The position numbers were made by a program, and so were the translations under genes. Below, piece by piece: positions 13,701 through 26,832 of a stretch of 64,000 nucleotides of DNA. Below the pieces are notes generated by a model. That model was not told the DNA's origin, made no database searches, and worked only from the letters and a program-made list of their open reading frames with translations. This stretch comes from Felis catus. Lineage: Eukaryota. Within the stretch, counting starts at the first letter, position 1. The number at the start of each line of letters is the position of its first letter. The stretch is from NCBI RefSeq assembly GCF_018350175.1, contig NC_058368.1, positions 205,904,001-205,968,000 of the forward strand, written 5' to 3'.

Positions 13701-16700
13701 GAATTTGGCTCAATAGTGAGGAGTGGGGAAGGGACTCCATATTGGAGGAGGAGGTAGCAGAACTTATTACAGGGTAGCAGATTTGGGAAACTCCTGAGCC
13801 AGACTCCATCTGGCGTTTTGGTATTCATATCTGGTTCTCAGCATGAACTCTCTTTTGGAAAGGATTGGTAAGTGTCCTCAGCACCATATTTGTTACTGTC
13901 CAGTGGCCTCCTGCATCGGTCACCATCAAAAGTTTCAGCACAAAATCCTGTGGGTTGGAAACCAATACAATAATAATTAATCCATGGGTTTGCATTTAGA
14001 CGATGTTTTGTGCCTTGGTGTAGTAGAAAGAACTTGAGCTTTAACCACATACTAGCTAAATGATTGATGAAAATGATCTTACAATAAGAAAGATGGCTGT
14101 CTGTCAAAAGAAAAGAATGATATGGTTTAAGTATCTGCACATTGAGCTGTAATCAGAGATGTTCTGCAGACTGGCCACTGCTTTTTAATGATTGCATTGA
14201 CGTCAGACGGTGTCTAGTGCAACCAGCTATTTTTATATATCAATTGAAAATGCAGCAGCTATCTCTCCTCTGAATTAGATCACAGAGCAGCAATGAAAAC
14301 ACATGCCTCTGCCATAAGGTAGATGAACAGGCACTTCTGGGTTATGTTAGAGAGAATATGAGTTTTTCTCAATCTGCCCTGGAGCAATGGTTACAGTTGT
14401 CAATTGTACAAATCACTGGGTACCTTTTCGTGAAGTATTTGTAAGAAAGGAAGAAAGGGAATATTTTGCTTCGCTGATCTGAGAATAGCTACAACAAAGC
14501 TGAGCACAGTACACACAGCAAACCAATCTTTAGGAAAGCAGCAAGATTATCAATGCCAGACAAGGAAAGAATGTCCTTTTCTCCATGTTAATGCTGATTC
14601 CATTAATGAAAAGGAAGTTGGAGGATCAGGTTCCGGTCCAAGGTCCTGGGACCCAGGACGTCTGAGGGGCTGAAGAATTCCTCCAACTGGATATTTTCTG
14701 ATGCAGCTGTTCCTGAAAATACCTCCTGATGTTGCCAGATGGGAATCTCTGGATTAGAAAACCTTATGCATAAGCACACAGCAGCAGGACAACTGTGACT
14801 GGTATTCTCAGCAGAATGCCAGAGTAGCTCTGAATATATTTTCATGTGCTATCATACTTTGATTAGAAATAAGGAAAATGCATGATCAACAAACATTACA
14901 TAATACATGTTCAAGAAAAGTCTCATAATTATGATGACAAAGGTCATAGTAGATTTTTAAATCTCCCTATATAAAATCAGTTCCTTGTGCATACAGTTTT
15001 GTTTGTTGGAGAAGGTAGAAACCCATTATTTTATAAAATTTGGGGGTGAGGTGGGAGGAATAAACATTCAAATTCAAAACCATCAGCTTTTTGTGATTCT
15101 ATGTTCTTTCCCAGATAAGTACAGACATTTCAGCAAGACCTTTGTTTGCTGAGCAGTATTATATGACTGCACTTTATAAATTCCGAATTTTAAATTACAG
15201 ATGATAATATCAGCTCCCAAATGTCAGACATCATGATGAATTGGCTTTTCAACTTTTTAAGCCATTCACTTTCCTCCCTTCCGAAATGTCAAATGTAAAG
15301 GCTCCTGATAACAAAGCTGTGCAAAGCTTGTTATTATTTTTTTTTTGCAGGAATCATAATACTTAATGGACAATTCTTCCAAAGCTTGTTTCATATGTGT
15401 TCTTTGCTTGATATTCTAATTGTTCAGACTGTACCAGCTTTTGAGTAAACTAATCAATAAAATCTACCTCCCCCCAATATAGCAGTTTTGAAATGATTGT
15501 TTTCACCACTTCCATAGCACTAAAATTGTGTTTAAAATGTCAATTTAATGCCTAATTAACCTCTTACTTTTAATTTGTCTTTTGTTCCAGACACACAGAT
15601 GTTCATTTTGCCCTTTTGGAAAGTGAAGGTAGAACAGCTAAAAAAAGAATGTCAAGGCTCATGAATTTTTCGTCATTAACATCTTAATCTAGCAAAACTG
15701 ACATAAGAATTGCACCTTGTATTTCATGGAATGTTGTTATAAAGCGATATTAAAAACTGGACTGTCATGCTTTTTTCCCCTACTTTCATCAAAGCTAAAA
15801 TGGAAATATTCATTGTTGAAAAGCACAGAAATTAAACTGTCGGTTGTTTGATTGATTTACTTATAAATATACTCATTTACTCATTCATTCAACACATCTT
15901 TATAGGGTATCAACCAAGTTCTAAGCACTAGGCTAGGTAAGAAATACAAGGTAAACAAAACACAGCATCTGAGTTTGAGGAGTTGGAATTTATGGTGGGA
16001 ACAAGCTATATCATAGTTATAGTAAATAAGAACTTAATAGATCAAAGACTATCTCTTTTTTCTGAACATGACTTTGAAATTAAGTTCCTGAAGTTCTGAA
16101 AAGACTATTACACAATAATTCTTTAAAAAAAAAAAAAAAAAACCTTACCTCAACTATAATCTAACATAGCTCTAAAGGATACTCCTCCTTTGTTTAGGTC
16201 ACATTGCTATTCAGCTTTTATCCTCTTGCTCAGCTATGTCTCCTTGAGAACATGAAACAGGTCGCAGTGCCCTTATACATGCCGTAATACAAACAAATTC
16301 AGATTTCCAACAGTGACCCTCATCAAAATAACTGTATGTATTGCTCCATTTTCAGCAAAGTCATTTTCTATTTTTCTTTTGTATCTCTCAGGAAAATGAG
16401 TGGGCATCCTAACCAACTCTGATGATTGCAACCTTGACTTTCATTACAAAGGGAGCACATAACTTTCAGATAGCTTAATTGATGAACAAAACTGTTGACA
16501 CAGAAGATTCAAGCACCCTTCCTCCGTATTAGCAATGGAAGAGAATAAATATCATCATATGTTATATGCACCAAACATCTCTGGAAGGATGCACAAATTC
16601 AGATTCCAGAGGCCTCTATCTTCAGATTAAAACTATTCTGCACCACCAGGAATAGAAGGGCTCAACATTTTTCTCAATGAGAAAAGCATCGTCAATTGAA

Positions 16701-17724
16701 AATTGTTAAATCTGATAATAACACCTAACCTTATTAAATTACTACCACGTTCTTACTTGCAGGTATTGTGATTCACTTTTCTCATGCTTCATCTCAGGTC
16801 AGCGCTCACTTCCACTGCTACAATCCTAAAAACAGGCCATGGGCCAAGAGTAGCCCCGTGCACGTAGGACACCTTCAAAGCCTACTGCATGTAATCACAA
16901 CTGCCAACTGGCTGTGCAATTTAATGGAACTTGAATATACAAAGGTAACTTCGGCAGTGAGGACCAAAGAGAGTTCTATTTATTACTTTATATTTGAGAA
17001 CAGAGAAGTAAGCAAAGTTGTATGGTGCTGAGGGATCAGGAGTGGAAATAAGTATGAAGCTTTGGGTTGTATATGGTGGCTAAAGGACTTTTCATCACAA
17101 AGATGCCTATGGTTTAGTTTTAATTTGTTCATGTGTATGTGATGTTACATTTGTACTCTGATATACTTCAGGAAAGTCTGCTACTCACACAAAATGACCT
17201 TGTATAGGTAGGTGTATGTGTATGTTTATTTTTGTTAGTTAATGGTAGGGGAGGGTTGCAATTTTTTTGGATATGTGAAAAATATGGAAAAGATCCAAGG
17301 GTCTTTGTGTCAGTCTCAGGGTTGACACAGTCTGAGAAGAACAACATGAGCAAAAGAGCAAGTCAATTCATAAAATGAGAGCCAACTGTTGGAAGCAGGT
17401 GTCCAAAGCCAGAGGTGGCCATGAGAACACAAGTCCCTCTGGAGCTCATGGCAATCTGGGAAAGAGCCGTGGTCTTCCACATTCCAGGGAATGGGGCTCA
17501 AATCAATCCTCCTTACACCTAAAGAGTTATGGAGAACTCCAAACACCCACAATACATAAGTATTTGCTTTGAACAAAACATTTTCCCCACAGTTATTACA
17601 GAAACCGCAATCAAAAGATTTGTCTATCCATCGCCTGTTAGAAGGCTACAGGAATATAAGACTATGCATTGTTTAAATCTCTTAAAAACATGATTTGTCG
17701 TCCCTATAAGAACTTCATTTTTTA

Positions 17725-17954
17725 GGGGCGCCTGGGTGGCGCAGTCGGTTAAGCGTCCGACTTCAGCCAGGTCACGATCTCGCGGTCGGTGAGTTCGAGC
17801 CCCGTGTCAGGCTCTGGGCTGATGGCTCAGAGCCTGGAGCCTGTTTCCGATTCTGTGTCTCCCTCTCTCTCTGCCCCTCCCCCGTTCATGCTCTGTCTCT
17901 CTCTGTTCCAAAAATAAATAAACGTTGAAAAACAAAATTAAAAAAAAAAAAAAA
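17725..17954 (+). mobile_element. Young felid CanSINE (SINEC_Fc-type)
   Basis: Same diagnostic sequence as the 2197 and 7758 copies; TSD aagaacttcattttt(t)a at 17708-17724 and 17955-17970. Confidence 0.97.
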
Positions 17955-18269
17955 AAGAACTTCATTTTTAAAAAGTAGGTTGGTCCCTAGAGAAGGGATT
18001 ACTTAAATTAAAGCCAATCTGTGAAACGTAATTATTTCTCTGGAGTGTCAGCATTTACTTCTCTTGGAGAAAGCCTGCAGATCTGGGCTGAAATGGTGTA
18101 GTTGCATCAGTATTTTGTGGTCATTGGACTTGGTTCCTTGTATCTGATAACATATTTCTATAAAGGCTACATGTGAATTTTATGTAAAATGGTTATTGAA
18201 ACGTTGTCCATTTTGTTATTTGCTGTCTGTGGCAAAGACTAGCAGTTGCTCATCAAATGTTTTTAGTGG

Positions 18270-18700
18270 TATATACCTAACCAGAAGAAGACTACATACA
18301 CTTCCCAGCCAACCCTGCAATCCTTACATGATGTGGCATGTGCTCAGTTGGAGACAATAAAATAGGTGCAAAAGTGGTTGTATGAGAGAGAGTTCTGGAA
18401 AATTCTCTTAAATGGAAAAGGACAAATAACTTTGGAGGCTTACTCCTTCTTTCTCACAGCCTGAAAGTCAGATATGATCACTAAAGCACCATAGCTGTGT
18501 TGGACCAAAAGGTACTTTAAGGATGGAAAGCACAAATCTTGAGAATGATCAACCAGAAAATAAGAGCCCAAGTCCTTGGTGACACCATGAAGATTCTCCA
18601 AAAAAGCTTGGGATTTCTTCTTTTATTTGAGAAATAGCTGCTCATTTGTTTAAAGCATTTTTATTTGGGGGTTTCCTGTTTTATGCAGCAAATCTAACCA
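18270..18700 (+). mobile_element. Old MaLR LTR (MLT1J/K/L-like)
   Basis: cttcccagcc...catgtg; 3' end ttgtttaaagca...gggggtttcctgttttatgcagc. Confidence 0.55.
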
Positions 18701-21479
18701 TCTGTCTCCTGCATAAGGATATGAATTGTAAGTTTCTTGTAGAGTTTATTGCCAGGAAAGGCTACTTCTTTCATGATAGGTTTACTTTATATCTCGCTGC
18801 CTTTGCTTTTTATGGAGAGCGGAGTTAAATTTAGTGGTTGTTGCAAAATGATTCTTGCCGTAGGCTGCTGGTATAATGATTTTTATCTCTCCCCCTGCCC
18901 CCAGCCTGAACCATTCCCACATCTTCTGGTACTTCACCTCCATTTGAATTAGTTCAGTTGCATATATTTATAAACTTCCTGAAAAGTGCTTTTAAAAATA
19001 TATAATCACAAGATTTAGCATGATCTGCTGATTAGGTGACATTACAGTTTAGAAAAGAATCATATAGGAAAAAGGAACTGTGGTTTAAATCACTGATATT
19101 TAACCAAAAACTGCTTCATTCTCCCTTAGCTGAAGGATATTTTCTCTCTGCTCATCAAAACAAATCAAAGACAAACAAGACCTATGTATATTTACAAAAA
19201 CAATTCAGATTATAAATATAGTTCTTACACTGTTGCTTCTTTTGTATACACAGAACTCAGGAACTCAAGACATGGCTATTTACAAGCACTAAATTCATCA
19301 GTGTTGGGTAGTGAATTTTTATGCTAACCGCTAGTAAGGAGCAGAGCCAAAATTGAAACTCAGGTCTCTGTCCTCTGTCCATAGTACTGATTCCTACTTG
19401 TAGAAAATAATGAGATGGTGCAATCTCAGGGGGAAACAAAAGGTAATGTACCAACAGCCACCATCTCCTCACCTCTTCAAACATGTTTTGTTTTGTTCGT
19501 TTGTTTTGTAATTAAAAAGAACAGATAAAATAACAAAATAAACCTCTACAGATTTCAGTTACACCTCTGCCACCAGTCTGAGGTGCTGACCTCTGGAAAT
19601 CAGTGACCTGATGGTGACACACCTCCTGCCCCTCCCTAACGTGTTCTCTTGCTTCCTTCAAACTGGAAACTTCTCAGATCTGCAGGGACTTGCTATAGGT
19701 ATAAGTACACTGGGGACAAGAGTGGGGTGATTTTCACTACACTATAAAAATGCAGAAAATATAAGCCTTGTTTTCATTAGAACATAGTTCTGACTGCAAC
19801 CTATTTTGTGGGTGGATAAAGTTGTGCACACAATAAATCATTTTGCTAAACTTACTGTCAACGAAAGAATAAAGTTAAATTTCCTTCAGGCAATTTCTTA
19901 TATAAATACAAAGATTTTCTTAAGCATAATTCAATAGAGCAAAATAAGGGTATTTTCCCAAAAACCTCTTAACAGCCCAGAGAGAGAAAAGACTTAAGTT
20001 CTCCTGAACATAGCTTCAAGTTTCTAGAATTATACAGGCCCCTCTATCCACTCCTCCATCAGCATTTGCCTTAGGACAGTGATATTATGTTCGTTTCTGT
20101 AGGAACCCCTCACTCTTGTAGAGCAGGGACTACAGCACAGTGACAGGAATACGTATAATGGGGACTCAGTGCCAAAATGAAATGAATTTCTGATTTAAGT
20201 CCCTCTTGCCAGTTCCCTGTTCTTTACAGAAAGAGAGATCTGCTCATACTCACACTTTATTCTCTTACTTGAAGATTTATATCTCCCTCCACATTCTCCT
20301 CTCCAAGCCACTTGTGTTTAATTGTTATTCTTTCTTAGTTTAATGTGGTTCTTGATCTTGACTGTTCCATTCCCTTTGAATGAGTGACGAACTAACTCAT
20401 TCCTTCATTGATAAACTAAGAGTAGTTCCAACAGCAATGAAAACAAGGCATGCTAATTAAAATGTCAAAGAAGATTCAGTGGCTGGCAGGCTGGCATGAA
20501 TGGCTGTCTCCTGGAAGACCTGGTCTGGTCACTGAGGGCTGAGAGCCTAAAATCAGACTCCACAATGCACTTGCCATCCTGTTATATGGCATGCATGAGG
20601 CATGAGTTTTTGTTATCAATCAGTTATTCTAATTAAGAAAAATTAGTCTAATTAGTCCATAAATGGACTGTCCACTTCCAAAGAATTTAAACACAATAAA
20701 ATATAATAAATTTTTAAAAATACATTGTGCAGATATTTTTTCAAAATCCAGAAAGATTGCAAGACTACATGTGGAGCATACCCAGCCCCTGGAACATAGT
20801 AAGTTATGTTAACTGGGATAAGTTTTATAGTATAATACAAATTGTTAAGTTCAGACATGTTAGTAAACAAAAAGGTGTAGATAAAGAAGTCATTATATTT
20901 AACCAGCTTTTAAAAGTGATTTTGATAACATCTTAAAATCAGATTGGGCAAAAAACAAAAAACAAAAACAAAAAAGCAAAAAACAAACCTATATGGAAGC
21001 AAAATGCTGAGGAATAAATGACTAGGTAGTATCTATTTTTCAAGAGCTTCTTCCAATAACAATTTATTAACATTAAACTATCAGGACATACAAGACACTG
21101 AGCTAGGAATTCTGCAGGAGTAACAAGATATAATATCTGTATTCTACCCTAAAAAGGCTTGACTGATAAGCTATTTATGGAAGAATAGTAAACTCACAGT
21201 ATAAGGCAAACCATTAAAGCAAAATTATAGGAACAACTATATACTCTCTACAGCTCAGAGGTAGGAAAGGTTTCTGCTTAGAGCAAAGCTCACAGGCCAC
21301 CTAGGAAGGTTAAGTAATTCTATCTAAATGAAACAAATTTCTAGGAGTCTGTCTTTTGTCTCATGCTCCCGTTCCCGTCTCCATCCTCAAACCCAATCTT
21401 ATTCCCTCATTGAACAAACCATATTTAAGCTCCCAAGGATACCATCCAAAACTCAGTGGATAACAGAGTAAATAAAGTA

Positions 21480-21893
21480 ATGTGAGACTAAATTTCCAGC
21501 CTAATGTAAAGGACTTGTGTCACAAATTTGAGATTGAAATTTATTAGGTAGTGCTTCTACCTATAGAGAGGAGAGAAAAAATTGTATTGGATAGAGAGAA
21601 AATTGGGGCAGTGATGCATTCACATGAAGCCCTCGGCCAACTCCACCAGAAATTTCCAAATTTAGCTGGGATTCCTTAAGAGTTGTTTCAAGTTGGGTCA
21701 ATAGGCCCAGGCTGTCACTTCCCCAAGTCAACCAGTTAGTGAAGCAGCAGTCTTGGGAAAGGATTTAGGCATTGGGCAAAGTTAGCTCTCTTTGAGACAA
21801 TCCTGAAAGAGGGCAGACAGCTCTCCACAGCCCCAGGAATAAATCTTTCAGTGCTGGAGGGGGATCAGAGTGGCATGAACCAACATCCACACA
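21480..21893. mobile_element. Old ERVL LTR (LTR33-like)
   Basis: gaagccctcggccaactccacca...agagttgtttcaagttggg...gtgctggagggggatc...acatccacaca. Confidence 0.5.
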
Positions 21894-22042
21894 GGTTACA
21901 CGATTTTTTCCATTTAAGTTTTCCAAAGTCAAAATTGTCTTCACTCATTTTATGCACATATATACATTACACTGATGTCCCCTAATTAGTATTATAATTA
22001 TAAATTCTGAGTAATAAAAAATACTATAGCTTTGTAGATGAC

Positions 22043-23455
22043 TGTGATATTGTGACTTATATACTAAGAAATATACATATTTGGTCTTTGTCTTATTTCT
22101 GGCACAGAGCTCCTAAAACCCTTGGAATATCCTAAGAGATGAGACCAAACAACAAAGTCTTTTGTTATGTTAATGCTATTACTTTTGTTTTTTTCTTCCC
22201 CCAAAATTATGTTTATTAACATACATCATTTATATAGATTTTTTTGTTTTATTTTTAAATTTATTTTTTAAATTTAAATCCAAGTTAATTAACATATAGT
22301 TTAATAGTAATTTCAGAAATATATTTAGTGATTCATCACTTACATATAACACCCAGTGCTCATCCCAACAAGTGTCCTCCTTAATGCCCATCACTCCTTT
22401 AGTCCTTCCCCCCACCACACCTGATCAGCAACCCTCAGTCTGTTCTGGTATTTAAGAGTCTCTTGTGGTTTGTCTCTTTTGCTATGTTAATGCTGTGACT
22501 TTTGAATCCCACCTAGGGATGGGGTGAGTTGCCAGGAGAACAGATCCCATGATTAGAGGGTTACAATTTTCAGAACTTTGGCAAGGGCAGAGGGGCTGGA
22601 GATCATTAGGGCTAACTTCCAAAACCACGACCTCCTGAGCAGGGGTGAGCAGATTCTTTTCATTTAGGGTTTAGGGTGAATATTCAGAAGGGAAACTTTA
22701 TCACCACATGTAGAGGTGGGTATAAGATCACATGTGTATCTTAAGGAAACATGCTCATACATACATTGTATGCTATGTTAATGAGGTTTGTGCTTCTCCT
22801 TGAGAGGAGATTGTAACGTTACAGTGACATAGAGGTAACCATGGGACACTCCAGGGTCCATCTGCGCAGAGGTGAGTCAGTGATCAAGCTCAAACTGGTC
22901 TAGGCCAGCTGGAGTTCTTGCTGTTGTTTTTCTCTAAAAGATAAGATTAACATTCCTATGAAGAGGAAGGGGGTCAGTAAGGGTCTTGCTGGTGACACTT
23001 CCATGTTGGTGCTGGGAGAGTGGTGCTTCTGGAGAGGGCATGGAAGCTCTGTGCCCCTTCTCCTTGACTTGCCCTGTGCACCTCTACCATCTGGCTATCC
23101 CTGAGTTATATCCTTTTATAATAAACCAGTAATCTAGTAAGTAAAATTCTTCTCTGAATTCTGTGAGCTGCTCTAGCAAATTAACCCAAAGAGGAGGTGA
23201 TGGGAACCTTTGATTTATACCCAGAGTTACAGGTAACAACCTGAACTTATGACTAGCTTTTGAAGTGGGGGGCAGGGAAAGGGATCTGTAGTCTTGTAGA
23301 ACCTGTGGAACCTGAGGTTATGTCTCCATAGGTAGTGTCAGAATTGAGTTTGACAGCAACCAGAGTTCACACCCTGCTGGTGTCCAAGAATTGCTTGTTG
23401 GTGGTATAGGAAATACTCCTTCCACAGGTTGAAATTGGGTCTAGGGACTCAAGCA
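22043..23455 (+). mobile_element. MER21-like LTR carrying an L1 insertion and a second ~400 bp insert
   Basis: tgtgatattgtgac...ggcacagagctcctaaaacccttggaa; aligns by eye with 3890-4613 except at 22188-22474 and about 22600-22990. Confidence 0.75.
22188..22474 (-). mobile_element. 5'-truncated carnivore L1 3' end with probable 3' transduction
   Basis: tttagtgattcatcacttacatataacacccagtgctcatcccaacaagtg is carnivore L1 3'UTR read antisense; flanked by a 30-bp duplication at 22158-22187 and 22475-22504. Confidence 0.85.
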
Positions 23456-23909
23456 ATGATAAAGCTTCCAAGCAGTTTTGGTTATTATGTTCAGACCTCC
23501 TTTTTCAAATAGAATATCTCTCCTTTCTCTCTTGCCCAGCTGTTGCCAAGTAATTTACAACTTGAGAAAGGATAATGGAGGTATAAACAATGCACAGATG
23601 TCTCTCTGATTTCCTTTATTGTGTTTCCTCTGGGAGGTATTAGGGAAATCATTCCTTGACTTTGCCCGAGTTTGTTGAGGATGTTGATAATAATGGAAAT
23701 AAATACGGGCATGCAAACAAAAGAACAGCTTTGTTCTTCTCATTAGAGAATGTGACTGGAGGCTCTAGGTCAACATGTCAATGCCATTGGAAGTTGGACT
23801 TCTGGAAAATTGTTTCATAGAGAATTTAACTATGATACATGCACAACCATTTGTATCATAGGACTTGTAGAACTATGATAGAGACTGGTGAGTTTCTCAC
23901 TTAATAACT

Positions 23910-25410
23910 TTATTCATTCCCCAACAGATTTCTCAGTGAGCCCACTAAGAACTTTGGAGATACAGTAGTAAATATAACAGCTACAGCTACAGCTTCTAAT
24001 GAGGACAGCAGAACAATGGGGCAAATAAACATTTTAACCAAGAAAACAAAGTCCAAGGTGTCCCAGGAGTATAAGCAGGCCTTCTAATCTAAACTAAGAA
24101 ATCACTACAGATCTCCAAAAGAAAGTGACATTTTTAGCTGAAACCTGAAAAAATGAGCTGGGTTTAGACTTTGAACGAGGTCAGAGAGAAGTGTTTTAAA
24201 TGAAGGGGGCATCTTGGTCCCAAGGAAAAAGAATGGCATACTTTAGAAAATAACCAAAAGAAAATTGGATGTTCAAGGGAAACAGTGAGGGGGGAAGAAA
24301 CAGTGAGGGGGGAGGAACTAAATTATGAAGGACACCATTAAACCATGTTAAAGGGCTGGACTTTATTGTCTGAGGGACATAAGGAAGCCATTGAAAGATT
24401 TAAAGATTTAAAGCAGAGAAAATATGTAACCGTAATTCAATTTTATAAAAATGACTTTGACATAAAAATATTGGAGATGGAGCTGGAGAGAGATGACTAG
24501 ATTTAAGAGATAATTGGTATCCAGAATCATGAGGGTTAATGATTGGATGATATGAGGAATTGTAGGGGAGTCAGAGAGCACTTGGGCAATTTGGTGGAGA
24601 CTGGTGCCATTTACTGTGTCAATGAATGCTGGAAGGAGAAATGATGGAGCTGACAAGTTTACTTTTGCACATTGGAGCCTGAGGTATCTTTGAGACATCA
24701 ATGGGTAGAGTTTCAGTAGCAACTTGACTGTGCTTTGGGGGCTCCCTGAGCTAAAGACATCCACGAAAGCCATGTGAAAGAATGATATTGTCCAGGGAAA
24801 GTTTGGAGACCAAAAAGAGTAGCATACTTAGAATAGCACCATGTGTCAATATTCTAGAATTGGGTAAAGAACAGAGTCACAAATGCATCTGAGAAAGAAT
24901 ATGCAAAGAAGTAGGAAAAAGGGAGAGTTTGTTTGGCAGAGATCGTTACCTAAGCATCCACCTGCCTCCTCTGTTTCCTAGACTGTTTTTTCCAGCCTCC
25001 CAGGAGTTCAGTGTTGCCATATTGAGCTCTAATGGAAGGGGAACAAAAACTGATGAAGGCCACTTTCAAAGGTGGTACATAAAAATCTCCCCAAACTTCT
25101 CCATCTCATGGCTCAATGTCAACCCCAAGAGGAAGTCAGAAACCTTCCTCATCCCTTAGGAGAAAATACTATTAGATTTTACACGAGTAAGAAGGAAACT
25201 TCTTTTATGTTAAGCCACCAAGATTTGGGTGTTTACTGTAGCAGCAGCATTACCTTCACTCACACACACAGTGTGGAATCACAGAAGCCAAGGGACTAAA
25301 CTACTTCAAAAAGGAAGGAGTAGTCAACAATGTCAAATGACTGCTGAAAAGTCAAGCAAATTAAGTACTAAGGAATCTCTTAGATTTTGCAACCCATAAG
25401 GCCCGGGTGA
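23910..25410 (-). mobile_element. L2 remnant interrupted by an MLT1-like LTR (about 24935-25260)
   Basis: attcattcc.caacagatt...ggagatacagtagtaaat; L2 body; insert ends ttatgttaagccaccaagatttgggtgtttactgtagcagca. Confidence 0.6.
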
Positions 25411-25869
25411 CCTGTATATATCAGTATTTGCAACTGAAGATTTTTAGGATAAATGTAAACATATCTATGATCTTAATGGCAGTGGTTGTTTTAAGGAAGT
25501 TTCTGCATTCATAAATCAATTAGACTGTCTTAACAAACTTTGTGTATAGGTGTTTTAAATGTCATTTTTCAGTCAAACAAGACTTCCGAGATTGGTTACA
25601 CAATTGAATTTTGATTTATCGACTTGGCCCTTAGTTTTCAATTGACTGAGTGGATTATTTAATTCTCTTGACTCAATTTGGATGAAGAAACAAAGCCTGT
25701 CCACAAAGTGTCAGAAAAAAACTTGGGATCTATAATAATCAATTAATCAATCAATGGCTGTTTAGCTTGGCTGAAACAATTACACTTATTGTGAATGCTC
25801 TGAATTTTCTGAATCAGTGATTTAAAACTAAATTTTATGCATACTGAACATTAGTGTGTGGGAAAGCCA

Positions 25870-26025
25870 TAAGGTTCTTGTTAAAATGTAGAGGCCTAGA
25901 ACCCTACATATAAATATTCTAATTCGGTAAATAGATCTTGGGAGCAAGAATTCACATTTTTTTAACAAGCACTTCAGGTGATTCTGATAGGTATGGTCCC
26001 TAGCTCACACTTTGCCAAATACTGA
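25870..26025. mobile_element. MER5A-like hAT MITE
   Basis: ttgttaaaatg...cacattttttaacaagcacttcaggtgattctgat...cacactttgccaaatactg. Confidence 0.65.
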
Positions 26026-26569
26026 TCTGTATCTACCGGGATGCTTTAAAATCCAAATTTGTTCTCAAAAGAGGAACTGTAACTGACCCTTAGGTACTTG
26101 GCACCAGAAAGAAAATTTGGAAAAAAAAAAAAAAACAACAGAAAAACATTTTTGTTACAAAAGAATGAAAAGGAGAATTTTAAAAGGCCATGTCAAATTT
26201 TTCTTTCTTCATAAATTTACAGACATTATTCTCTCCATTTTTATCCATTCTCTTCTTGTGAATTTCAAATAAAATGGTAATTCGATGATGAAATTTTCTC
26301 CTTTCAGGGCCCCAGAATACAATTAGGTGATGCAGCAAGCTTGTGTAGCACTTTGTGCTATATGAACTCATTATGAAAATAAGAAGGATTTTATTTCCTC
26401 ATTTCCTCATAATCTCATTTCCCTGCCTTTTTACTCACCTTTTAAAACAGCCCTCCCACTGGTATAACTTAAAGAACAGGACCTCTCCCTCCTACCCCAT
26501 CCAGATGCATAGCCACTTAAAACCCTCGTTATTCTGCTCTCCATTTATTCTCTCTGGTTCTATGTTTCC

Positions 26570-26710
26570 TCGTTTGTAAAGATGGGATAGTAATAGAATG
26601 AACCTCATTAAGTTGTCATAATTAAATGAGATAATATATGTAAAATGTTTAGAAAATGTCTGGTATTTTGTAAGCCTTACACAAATGTTATTCAAGAATT
26701 ATACTAGCAC
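26570..26710 (+). mobile_element. MIR fragment
   Basis: tttcctcgtttgtaaagatgggata...acctcat...attaaatgagataatatatgtaaa. Confidence 0.7.
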
Positions 26711-26832
26711 AGGTGTTTCAGCCATATTACTGCACTTACACCTTCTTCACTTTTTGCAAAATCACACACTAAACATAACAGTGCTCACTGGAAAAAATAG
26801 GGTTAGGAACAGATCCTCAAAAGCCATGGTAC

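Noticed and set aside
14603..14845. 80-aa minus-strand ORF in unique, moderately GC-rich DNA
   Set aside because: No recognisable homology and no supporting exon chain; the length is expected by chance.
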